Below are positions 50,467-60,641 of a DNA stretch of 64,000 nucleotides, in pieces. Position 1 is the first letter of the stretch; every line of letters begins with the position of its first letter. The notes beneath the pieces are model-generated. The model ran no database searches. It was not told the DNA's origin and was given only the letters and a program-made list of their open reading frames with translations. This DNA comes from Marsupella aquatica (lineage: Eukaryota; Plantae; Marchantiophyta), in the NCBI GenBank assembly GCA_973895155.1, contig OZ316891.1, positions 10,603,875 through 10,667,874 of the forward strand. Reading direction: 5' to 3'. The translations under genes were made by a program, and so were the position numbers.

Positions 50467-50795
50467 ACACATGATGACCAATACAGGCCACAATACTTTA
50501 CCACAAAGGTATATTATGCCCTATCCTCCAAAAACGTATTTCTGAAAGGGGCAACACATGATGACCCATATGACCTGGCCTCTTATTACACAAAAGACAA
50601 ACACAGGCCACAATACGTCACTACTGAGATATACTACGCCCTATATTCCAAAAAATATTTATAAAAAGGGCAACACATGACGACTCATATGGCCTTGCAT
50701 CTTATTACACAAAAGACAAATCCAGGCCACAGTACTCTGGTACAGAAATATACTATGCCCTATGCTCCAAAAACGTATTTAAAAGAAAGGGCAAC
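50467..50795. repeat. ~118-bp tandem repeat, about 2.7 copies
   Basis: caggccaca.tac...atat.tatgccctat..tccaaaaa.gtattt...aaagggcaacacatga.gac.catatg.cct.gc.tcttattacacaaaagacaaa recurs. Confidence 0.88.
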
Positions 50796-51738
50796 GTGAC
50801 TATAACTTCCCGCTATACATATCTGGCTACCCGAGCCATTGATTTACCCAAAAAGGATCTGGAACGTCCAATGCCAAATGGATCCTAGAGGGATACCCTA
50901 AACTGAGAACCAAGACAACGGCGCTGCTAACAAGCAGCCCAGCCAGCCACAACACCTTATGAACACAATCCACACCACTAGCACATCCAACACTGGAACG
51001 CTGCTAAAACCAAGAAGAGACAACAACTGACACGACAGACTGGAGGGACCAAGCAGATTGTGGGATATTGGAGCACAGCAAGCCGTGGACTGAGGAACAG
51101 TGTCTTTGCATCAGCCAACACATTGTGACTCATGGGGACGCACCAAAATCAGGTTCACAACATATGTCCATTTGTGATTGATAACTCACCTTTGAATGAT
51201 GTTTCTCATTGAATGAATGGCAATAGAACACTGCCGATATAGTAAAAAATATGTGCCTGGATGACTCGTCTTTTACCGGCCCATGTCTCCCCGCAGTCGT
51301 CTAGACATCGCTGCAGAAACATGGGACCATAAATTATGTTTATTGTAACATAATTTCAATTCAGTGGCGGGGGCTGAACGAAGACACTGGATATGTGAAT
51401 GGAAACAGTCCACCCATTCCCGGTAGAAGAATATGGCCTAAGTATGCTCAGTACTATGGACACAACACTCGAGTAATGCTGTCACCAAGTAGCACCTAAT
51501 CTTGAACCAAATTCAATAGGATGCTTGTCGATCGATATGTCTATAGGCTCTGTAATTGAAGATGAATGTTATTTATAAGGAGCACTTGACAAGTGAGAAG
51601 TCGTCGTATATCTATATGTGATCTTTATATGAGGATGGAATGCATTGCTCATCATATGTATATGGGAATGATTGATCAAAGCTCTGTATGTGTTGGGTAG
51701 AGAATAAGTGAAATAGTCGGTAGGTAACAATAAGGCCT

Positions 51739-52071
51739 CTCGGGGGGGTCACTTCCACGGAAGTGGCACATCACGTGCGACAAAGTATAGGCTCATTTAA
51801 ATGGGTGTGGCGGAAGACTTTCAAAGTTTGGTGGAAGAACACATAAGGCATGTTTTATTGACTGGTCGACTTTAAAGAACACATAGGCCTATTTAATTGC
51901 AAAAAATACTTTCTTTAAAGTTTTTAGGGATTTTCTAATAAAAAATGGCAAAATTTAAAGAAAGAAAGGGCTTTGCAAAAAAATATTTTTCACTTATAAG
52001 TTAGGGGGGTCAAACCCTAAAACGTTGCACGCGATGTATGGTCGGGCTCCATATAGTGACCCCCCCCCGAG
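51739..52071. mobile_element. Non-autonomous DNA transposon, 333 bp, poly-G TIRs, 8-bp TSD
   Basis: TIRs CTCGGGGGGGTCACT and AGTGACCCCCCCCCGAG; flanks TAAGGCCT and TAAGGCTT (7/8). Confidence 0.82.
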
Positions 52072-54638
52072 TAAGGCTTGAACCATCTCAGGATGTGATT
52101 TATATGTATGCAAATATGTACGTGAATCTCTCTCTCTCTCTGTGGATAAATGGTGGCATATGACCTACACTATTAAATAAAAATAAAAACAATTATAAAT
52201 GGTAAAAATCCTACATACAACCAGTGAAATACAAAACTTGCCCTACACTAATACCTTAGCCAATACCACAGATACTTTGTTAAAAAATATGTAACTCACT
52301 TCTTCCATGAATTAGGTTTAACTAAACGTAACCGCCATTCTGGCGGTTGCCTAAACAGAACTTATGACCTCATCCCTTCCAGCCGCTGATCCTAGTATTT
52401 CCTGCATATCTTACAAAACAAAGAAGTTGTTCATTACTCATTCTTAGATCATCTTTTCCAGCCATTCCTTTCAGTAGTAGTTAACGACTAGATTGCTCCA
52501 TGATTACTCTTGACTAAGTCTTTCCCAATACGTCTGTCTACATTGGAAGTAGTGATTTATCTCCTAACTATTCTTTCTTGACAAGATCCCTAGGTACAGT
52601 GACTTATCACACATTTTCTTGTCAATTATCGTAGCTTTAGTTTGCTATTTTTTGTCACTTCTTTATTGCCCTGGAGAGTGATTTCTGCACAAAGCATTGT
52701 TTTGTTAGTTTTTTCACACGGGCTCCACCAGCATGGCACGAGGACCACATGTATGATTCAGGCTTCTGTTGGTTTGAACAAAATATTTCTTACTCCTTTC
52801 TTCTCTATAGTGCTAGCCTATAATTAATGCACGTCTCCTCGTTACCGCTGCGGTTCAATGGTAGCAAAAACGTACAACAAGAATCATTTTTTGAAAAACT
52901 AGATTCACCTGAGGACGGGGGCTGAATGACAACCTTGGTGATGTACTGCAGTTTGTGTCCACTGCTCTTTAATTTCAGTTGATGGTCTACCTCAGTTTGC
53001 TTGTCCAGCTTATATGAGGCACCGCTCAGTAAATCTCCCTTTAAATATTAAGGGTTTTCTTGCATGATCTGATGGCGTCTATGCTGTGATACTGGAATAT
53101 CTCATATATGTTTTATAAAGTATTACTATCAGTCTTAATACCCTGCACATGACCTGATTCTACCTTATTTCTGATTTATCTTTGATATGCATCCCATGCC
53201 ATGTTCTAAAGATATCTCGACTAATAGATTTGTCCTTTTTGGACTACTCATAAAGAAGTAACTGTTTCTGACTATTCAATAAAAACCGCAGCATTATCTT
53301 TACTATAGTACTGACAACTTTCTGCCCAATATTTTTAGCGTTGTGACTCCTACTAATTGGTCTTCTGCCCTATACTTCTCTGCCTTTTTGTTAGACCTCC
53401 GACTTACTCAATCCATTATATTTCACCAGGTTTCTTACATGCGTTACTGTGCTCCACCTATGACTAAAAATACTATAGACTAACATACTATTCTTATGCG
53501 CATACTACCACCCTGATCTTTTACTCATGCTGGGATATATGTACAGTTTACTTACTGACCTCAACAATTCATGGACCTGTTTCTTCCTCACGATGATCAT
53601 GATTTATTATTGTTTTAATCTCTCTATCTACGAATGACTTGGTGCATGTGCACATCCATGTGTTGTTATTTCCCTGTCCTGACCTGTGTTGCCTTGACTG
53701 TGTCTTTGATTTGTCAATGTGAAGTATTGACTTGGCCTTGAATGGGTGTCGACTCTTTGACATATCTCTCGTCTTAGAGGTATATGCTTGACACCTAAAA
53801 CTAAAAGTGTTCCTTGATGAGACCCCTAGTGATCCAAACCACTTGATAGACCTCGATAGACCTTAAGTCAATGTACCCAAAGTCGGAGAAAACATGGTTG
53901 TGTGGTAGCTCTCTTTACGGACCCCATTAGATGTCCTTTCCAAAATTCGAGACTCCACAACACTGCACATCATCATGGCATGCTGCAAACAAGAACATAT
54001 TTGTTTCCAAATTAAAATAACTACTCCTTTTGTGTTTGTGGCAACTTTTGGGTAAAATTGAGGGCGCCATGCCGTAAAATATAATGTAATTTTATTTGAC
54101 ATAACCATTTAAGTTACCTTTTCTTCTTATTAAGTTAAAACACGACAAGCCTAACCAACTGCATTTGGTACTAGGCAAGCGAAGTATTCTGAAAGCTCTT
54201 TGCCTATGAAGTCACCCTAGACACAATGAGCTTTGCCGAAGAGGGACATTGAACATATATTGTGGAGATTGTCGAGATGTAGGAATACAAACTCATAGTG
54301 GAATGTGAAGCTTAAGACAGGGTCAATTGTAACAAAATCTAATAAAGTTATCCTTAATGTAAAGGGGCCAAACTCAGGGCCAGAGTCCCTATTTGGTCTT
54401 TTAAGTGAGTTTCCTTAAACTCTCCTAAAGTTCCCTTGTAAGAAGTGAGTTAAGTAAATAAGCAGGTGAGTTAAGAGAGTTAACCTCCCACTTGAGTTAG
54501 AAGATACCTTTTAGGGTCATTTTTTCAGGGGAACACCTCTCACCTCTTTTCCTTCTCACCTCTCTTCCCCAAAATCCAACGTTGCTTCCATAGACTAATT
54601 AGCAATATGATCACTACCTCCATAGACTGAAGTACTTA

Positions 54639-54728
54639 GGTGACCTCAAAGTACTTCCATAGCTACAGATCTCAGATGCAGAGGTGACCTCAAAGTACTT
54701 CCATAGCTACAGATCTCAGATGTAGAGG
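54639..54728. repeat. 44-bp tandem duplication
   Basis: ggtgacctcaaagtacttccatagctacagatctcagatg.aga x2. Confidence 0.9.
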
Positions 54729-55182
54729 CTTACTGCTTCTAGCCCACCACTACATGGTCCCACTCTTGGGAGGGGACCATTGATGCTGCCCTAATCTTCA
54801 ATTGCAAAGTTCTCAACACTTGCTAAGCTCTCTTTCCAGGTCTGCCTTTGCATTAACCCCTTCATTGTTATTATTGTTGGATTTCTTACCGTAACAAACA
54901 AGTTGATAGACGGCTGAGCATTCTTCAATGTCCACAATTCTCAATTCCATGAAACATTGATAGTTGTGAATCAAATTCCTCAATTTACGTATAAATTTTG
55001 AATTCTTCAATTTACGTACAAATTTCAATTTCTTCAATTTACGTACAAATTTGACCCATAGCTAGACACTTTGCAATTAGATTGTACCAGAATAGATATT
55101 CAATTCCATTGAACCAGCCTTGCCCTTGTTTGACCCATCAATTTCAATTTAATCAATTTGGTTTGAATTTGACAGTGATACA

Positions 55183-56421
55183 ATGGACAACGAAAGCATT
55201 GATGGCTCTTCAAGTACTAGTGATTATTCAATTGATAGTAGTGTGGATAATCGTAGTGACGATGATGACATGTTTAATGAGGAAGAGGATGAGTACATGC
55301 TCATTTACCAGGCTGCTTCTGCTGTCCACAACAGTCGGGCCTTCTTCAATTCTTATGAATTGGAGACATCAGGCATGATGTATACAGATCCAAACACAAG
55401 TGTGAAGGATGTTTTACAGTCAATGAAAAATCTGCCAGGACGGTTCAAGGAGCTCACAAACTTCACAATTCCAGAGTGGACAGATCTATGTTTACGAGTA
55501 TTGCCTCTAATTGCAGGCCATGCTAGGTCAACTGGGGAGGTCCACAACGGCATGGGCCGTCGAAATAAGCTCACACCTGAAGAACGTCTCCTTAACTTTG
55601 TGTTGTATATGAAACATGACAATACCGTTGTTCGTGATTCATTCCAGTGGAATTGGTCTCGGAGCTCTTTGTGTGATGATGTTTATTTTGTTGGATCATG
55701 TCTTAATGTGGCTCTTGATGATGAGATACGCTGGCCAACAGTGCAGGAGCGGCTAGAATTGGCAGCTCACAACCCCGATTGGCCCGGGTGCATTGGCATA
55801 ATTGATGGAACATTGGTTAAAATTCGACGTCCCTGGAATGATGAGAACCACAGTGAATGGTTCCAAGGACGCAAGAAAATGTATTGTCTGAACAACACAG
55901 TAGTTGTGGACCACAATGGGCTTTTCATTTACTTGGATTCTGGCTATCCGGGATCCTTTCATGATATTAACATTTTGAGACATTCAGATCTTTTCCAGAA
56001 CTGGCGAAATTACTTTTTGCACACAAATGAATACCATGAGTATTTGTTGGGGGATCCTGGGTACATTGGTGCTGACTCATTTATAATGAGAAGGTTTGGT
56101 CTAAGAGAGGATGCTCTTGGCATGAATGCATCTATTGTGCGTACTTGGAACAAAATGCATGCAGGTTACAGAATCAGAGTCGAATGGGGAATTGGAGGCT
56201 TGAAACGAAAATGGCGACGATTAATGAAAGGATATGACCTGCAAAAGTACAAGTTCAAGGAGCTCTTTCGAGCTGCTGCATTACTAACCAACTTTTTACA
56301 GAGAAAACGCAATGACTTCAGCGAAGTGATAGGAGGTGAACAAATTACTAACAACTATGAGGCAGGATGGGCTGGTGATTACAGAAGAGAATTTGAGGCA
56401 TACAGAAGGCCCACTTCATAG
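55183..56421 (+). CDS. PIF/Harbinger DDE transposase (HARBI1-like nuclease), intact and intronless, 412 aa
   Basis: IRWPT...PGCIGIIDGT, GYPGSFHDINIL, YLLGDPGY, RIRVEWGIGGLKRKWR and LLTNF motifs; all D-D-E catalytic residues present; acidic N-terminus. Confidence 0.93.
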   Translation: MDNESIDGSSSTSDYSIDSSVDNRSDDDDMFNEEEDEYMLIYQAASAVHNSRAFFNSYELETSGMMYTDPNTSVKDVLQSMKNLPGRFKELTNFTIPEWTDLCLRVLPLIAGHARSTGEVHNGMGRRNKLTPEERLLNFVLYMKHDNTVVRDSFQWNWSRSSLCDDVYFVGSCLNVALDDEIRWPTVQERLELAAHNPDWPGCIGIIDGTLVKIRRPWNDENHSEWFQGRKKMYCLNNTVVVDHNGLFIYLDSGYPGSFHDINILRHSDLFQNWRNYFLHTNEYHEYLLGDPGYIGADSFIMRRFGLREDALGMNASIVRTWNKMHAGYRIRVEWGIGGLKRKWRRLMKGYDLQKYKFKELFRAAALLTNFLQRKRNDFSEVIGGEQITNNYEAGWAGDYRREFEAYRRPTS

Positions 56422-56728
56422 CAACACAAAGTTAGTATATACTAGTTGCAGTTTCTACACCTCAAAGCAAGCAACAATCTCTAGCTTACTTGAGAACTAT
56501 ATCGACAACATACAATTCCAGAAACTGAATCCTTCATACTACTTTGAACAAATGATGGAGGCACTTGGAAATTCCCTGGTGGAGGGCATGGTTTATTTCT
56601 TAAATGACAAAGCAATGTTACCCTAAAAGCAATTGCACAGTAGAGTAGCCAACAGTAATCTACATTCTACAAAATTGTGGCATTCTCTTGATTGAACTGC
56701 AATTCACTGTGATCTCATGCAAATTAGC

Positions 56729-57926
56729 CTAGGTAGATTCTAGTTTAAGGATCCTAATGACTTGTGCTTTGAATGCATCCTCTGTGATACACCCAAGGTC
56801 CCTGGCTCTCTTTAGGTTGGTGATCTGAATTTTTTCTTGTAACAATGATTCTGTGACCAACTTTGCATCCAGTAGCAATTCTCTTTTTTTTTGCCCTCCT
56901 TCATTTCACCAGCCATGGATGCTAGAGAAGAAGCTTGTGAATTCAGACTCATTGCTTTTGTGGCCTTCCCCTTCACTATTGTTGGAGGAGCAGAGGTGTG
57001 CTCTCTATTTCCTGCAGGGGTCTGTGGGCTCCTTGGGTTCACACACTCAGTATCACCAGAACCAACTGGAGTAGGCAAGGGAGGCACAACATTAGTCTGA
57101 GTGTTCCCTGTCATCAAAATCTTCCTGGTTCCTAGTAGATTCCTAGATGCATGCCGGTCAGTCTTCATGATTTTCTCCAAGACAGCAGCACTTTGCATTC
57201 GAACCTTCTCACTTATACCGTCATTGGAGGTGCCAGTTTGTATATCCTTTAGTGTATCTCGAAGACGGTCCTTTAGTGACTCTGGTGCAAATTTTGAATG
57301 TGGATACTCTGCTTTGTAAAAGGCATACAAATCAGTCCACACTTTGCCTGGGATAAGTTGACTGACCTTCCTTCCTTTCTGAGCCATCTTGGTGCTGTAA
57401 ATCTCAAAGTACACATTATAAGCTGCACCTAGATATGCTAGGTGGACAGAATCAACTGTCTCTCGTTTCTTTCCGTTGGAAACCTTAGCCTTGCCCTTGT
57501 TGACTTTTGAGTTGCTCATATCTTGGATATGGCTTGGTAGGACAGATCTACTGGACACAATTGACAATTTTGATCTCACAGGAAGTACCATTTCCTCAGC
57601 ATCAGAATTACCATAGCTTTGGACATCTTCATCTGCATGGGAACCATTTGCTTCATCTACATTAGTGTCGGCCTTCTCAGATGCTGATTGAGACTCATTA
57701 TCTGCACACAGAAATAAAAGAACACACAAGAATTCAAATATGAGAAATAGACTCTCTTCACATTTTAAAATTCTCACAGCTTGTAGAAGAAGACTCACAA
57801 TTGGTACAAGTGGACATGCTCAAATAAACAATAATGGAAGGCATGAGTAAATTAAATGATACTTGCACATTGGTCCAGAAACATCCAATTTTCAATTTCT
57901 TGGCAATCATCATTCGTCCCAGCCAT
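56729..57926 (-). CDS. Harbinger partner protein (Myb/SANT-like DNA-binding ORF); spliced, with a -1 frame break at 56884-56892 before a SHOCT-like C-terminus
   Basis: Probable ATG at 57926, with an intron ending tttctgtgtgcag| near 57702. Central helical KVWTDLYAFYKAEYPHSKFAPESLKDRLRD is trihelix-like. The alternative frame ends LKRARDLGCITEDAFKAQVIRILKLEST*. Confidence 0.65.
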
Positions 57927-58269
57927 TTTTCAGGTAGTCAGTCCTACAGAGCACATAGGCAGTACAAAATTACAGTGTTGCTCAGCTTATTCAACCACAT
58001 GATCTCTGCCAGCAAAATGATGCATGAGAGAAATGAATTGCATCCTCAACCCTAAAGTTGCAAGCACCAGAGAAATTCCAATCAAATTTCTTATAACGCA
58101 ACAATTCCCACCTGTCTCAAAAAGTTGAAATCGGCCTTGGATTCTTGCTGTTGCCTTTGTAATTAGCAGTGCAGCTCTCCCCAATGGCACCTCAATCCTA
58201 CTCCCACTCTCAGCAAGAACCTCACAATTTCTGGATGCAGCTCGCAATCTTCAAAAGAAGCTGGATGTT

Positions 58270-58996
58270 AGGAAGCAGCTTGAGCAAGGGGAGCAGATCG
58301 ACCTGGGAAGCATCCAGCTCGATTTGGAAAGCAGCTCGATCTAGGAAGCAGCTGTAGCTCACAGCAAAGCAAGAAATTTGTGAAGCAGAAAAGCAACAAA
58401 GCAATAGGAAAGCAGCACAACAGCGAAAGTAGCACAGCAGCAGCAGTAATGGAGGCCCTAGCCTGGATGGAGCAATGGAGGCAGCAGCGACAAGCTTGAT
58501 CTGGAAAGCAGCTGCAGGTCACAGCGAAGCAGGAAATTTGTGAAGCAACGAAGCAGAAATGCAGCAGCAATGGAGGCGAGGATGGAGGCGAGGATGGAGG
58601 CGATGGAGGCAAGGATGGAGGCGATGGAGGCAAGGATGGAGCGACGGAGGCAGCAGCATGCACAGGCTCAATCTGGAAAGCAACAGCGATGGAGGCACAA
58701 TCTGGGCTGCAGTGCTCAGCAGCTCGAAGCTATGGAGGGCTGGGCAATGTCGGGCCTGAGCAGCAGCGATGGAGGCACAATCAGGGGCACGATGCAGCAT
58801 GGAGCAATGGAGGCAAGGGAGCTAGGCAGTGCTCGATCAACAGCTTGAAGCTATGGAGGGCTTGAGCAATGTCGGGCCTGAGCAGGAAGGCACGATGCAA
58901 CATTGGAGGCACGATGGGCCTGGGCAGGAAAGAGCAGAACGTCCTGGCACTAACTCGCGGCTGGCACTAACTCGCGGCTGACACTAACTCGCGGTG
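58270..58996. repeat. Purine-rich low-complexity and tandem repeats inside the Harbinger element
   Basis: atggaggcgagg/atggaggcaagg 9-12-mers, ggaaagcagct blocks, gcaatgtcgggcctgagcag x2 and gcactaactcgcggctg x3. Confidence 0.85.
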
Positions 58997-60641
58997 AGAA
59001 GGGCCCGGCACTGTTGGAAGGACAAAAAATGGGATTCACCCTGTTTCTCGCCCCCGAGTACTTGAAGTTTCCAATTAAGTTAACTCACCCTTTAATTTAC
59101 GTACAAGTCACGACCAGTCGCCCTTAATCACGCACATTGCAGATAACTTTAATGAAGCAAGACAGAAGATTGGAACTCAATAAAACTGCGCGTCGATTTG
59201 ATCACAAAGGAAACCAATTATGCTTTCCTTCGAGGTGTGCATTATGAGCCAAGGTTGCACGGAGAATGGGTCACCTGCCATGTTCCGGACTCCATTGGTA
59301 ATGTACAGCCCCTTGTTTCAGATTGAGTTTCAGTAAAGGGCCATTGGGGACTCTGTTGGTTTAGCTTCCAGAAATTAGGGGTCAGAGTGTAAGAGGAACA
59401 CTGGCTATCATTCATTTACAAGTAGTCCAAATAACACATTTCTGAAGAATTTTATTGCAAATGACTGGGGTCGTCTTACAGAATATACATTTGTGAACTT
59501 CTTGCGATAGAGCACACAACCGGGATGCAGAGGCCTTTACAAGTGAGGCATGCAACCCAGATGCACCAGTTGGGAGAACAACATATATTTGAATCGGTAG
59601 GGCTAACACAACAGCAATCTCTATTCCTATTCGACAAACTCAGGAGGAGCAGCGACCAGGGGCTGCTAATCGACGTGCCCCCCAAAATCACAACAAATGT
59701 CCAACTCAAGCCACGACATCCAAGCGCAATATCGACATGTTCAGCATCACACATTGTCCAACACCAATATGGATTACATTTCAATCTTAACATCTAAAAT
59801 TACAAACACAAAAGAGATAGGGGTCCACTAACTAATTGAGTAGGGACTCATAGGTATTGGGTTCAAGTGTTGAAACTAGTTTCTGTTGCCTCCCTTTCAG
59901 TGGGGCTTCAGTAATGACCCCTTCTGAAAATAAACAATTAAAATAAATAAAATTGGATGTACCCAAAACCTCAGGTCTAACACATTTTAATTTGGGGTCC
60001 ATCAAGCAACAAGGCAAATAGCAAATAGCTCCTCTTAGTAAGATGTTGGTGTTTTAAAAAAAGCCGTGTGACAGGATTGGAGGGAGAATATTGCAGCTCC
60101 ATGAAATTCGTATCAGTAGTAAGGGGCTTGGGCTTTATTCATGCCTTCGCTGATCTGGGAGTGTGGATGCCGAGTGATCGTTTCATGGCGAACTCGGTAG
60201 AATTGTTCTTGCTTGACATTGCTGGTTCCTCAATTTCGGGGTGTGAGGGAAAGATTTTCAGCGGTGAGAAGGACTGGGATTGGAATGTCTTTGTCATTTT
60301 CAAAAGCCCTTTCGGGTATGCCTTGATGTGGTTACTGTCCTCAGTAGCCAGATAAGCTGGTTGAGACTAAAAACTCAAACCAAAGCATTCAGGATTGTGA
60401 GGAGAACTGTGGTGAAAAGATGTGTGGAGGGCAATTCAGGGATGCAGAGAGCTATTGTTGAGACAGAATTCTTGGGGGAAATTTGCTGTGCAGCTGCGTA
60501 TAACGTTGAGCTTTAGAATTCTGGACTCTACTGGACGGACAGCGTTGTGTACACCTAAATGTATCTGGTGCTGCCGGAGCGATTGGGAGCTGGATTAAGA
60601 AGATGGAGGACCTGCACTGATGATTGCACATCGCTGCAAGC

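Larger units (their letters stand above)
54378..59123. mobile_element. Two-gene PIF/Harbinger DNA transposon (boundaries tentative; alternative right end ~59355)
   Basis: HARBI1-type nuclease plus a convergent second gene. Inverted subterminal similarity (gtaaataagcaggtgagttaa vs ttaactcaccctttaatttac). Candidate ends TCA|GGGC...GCCC|TTA; internal tandem repeats. Confidence 0.7.

Noticed and set aside
50467-50795. Regularly spaced repeats suggesting a CRISPR-like array (also the arrays at 6.3, 7.0, 36 and 47 kb)
   Set aside because: Whole units are duplicated with no unique spacers, there are no cas genes, and the context is eukaryotic; these are ordinary tandem repeats.
52330-52349. GC-rich hairpin aaccgcca-ttc-tggcggtt as a Helitron 3' end
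   Set aside because: No CTRR at the expected distance and no identifiable 5' TC end.
52350-53900. Possible degraded LINE on the minus strand
   Set aside because: Only vague Trp/Cys-pattern fragments; no RT motif could be read with confidence.
9006-57926. Functional linkage between HDA9 and the Harbinger pair (domesticated Harbinger proteins work with HDACs)
   Set aside because: They are 40 kb apart with unrelated genes in between; proximity alone is not evidence in a plant genome.
58268-58848. ORFs such as MEARMEARMEA.. and PPSPPS.. (extensin-like)
   Set aside because: They arise from stop-poor 9-12-bp repeats open in several frames on both strands; there is no independent coding evidence.
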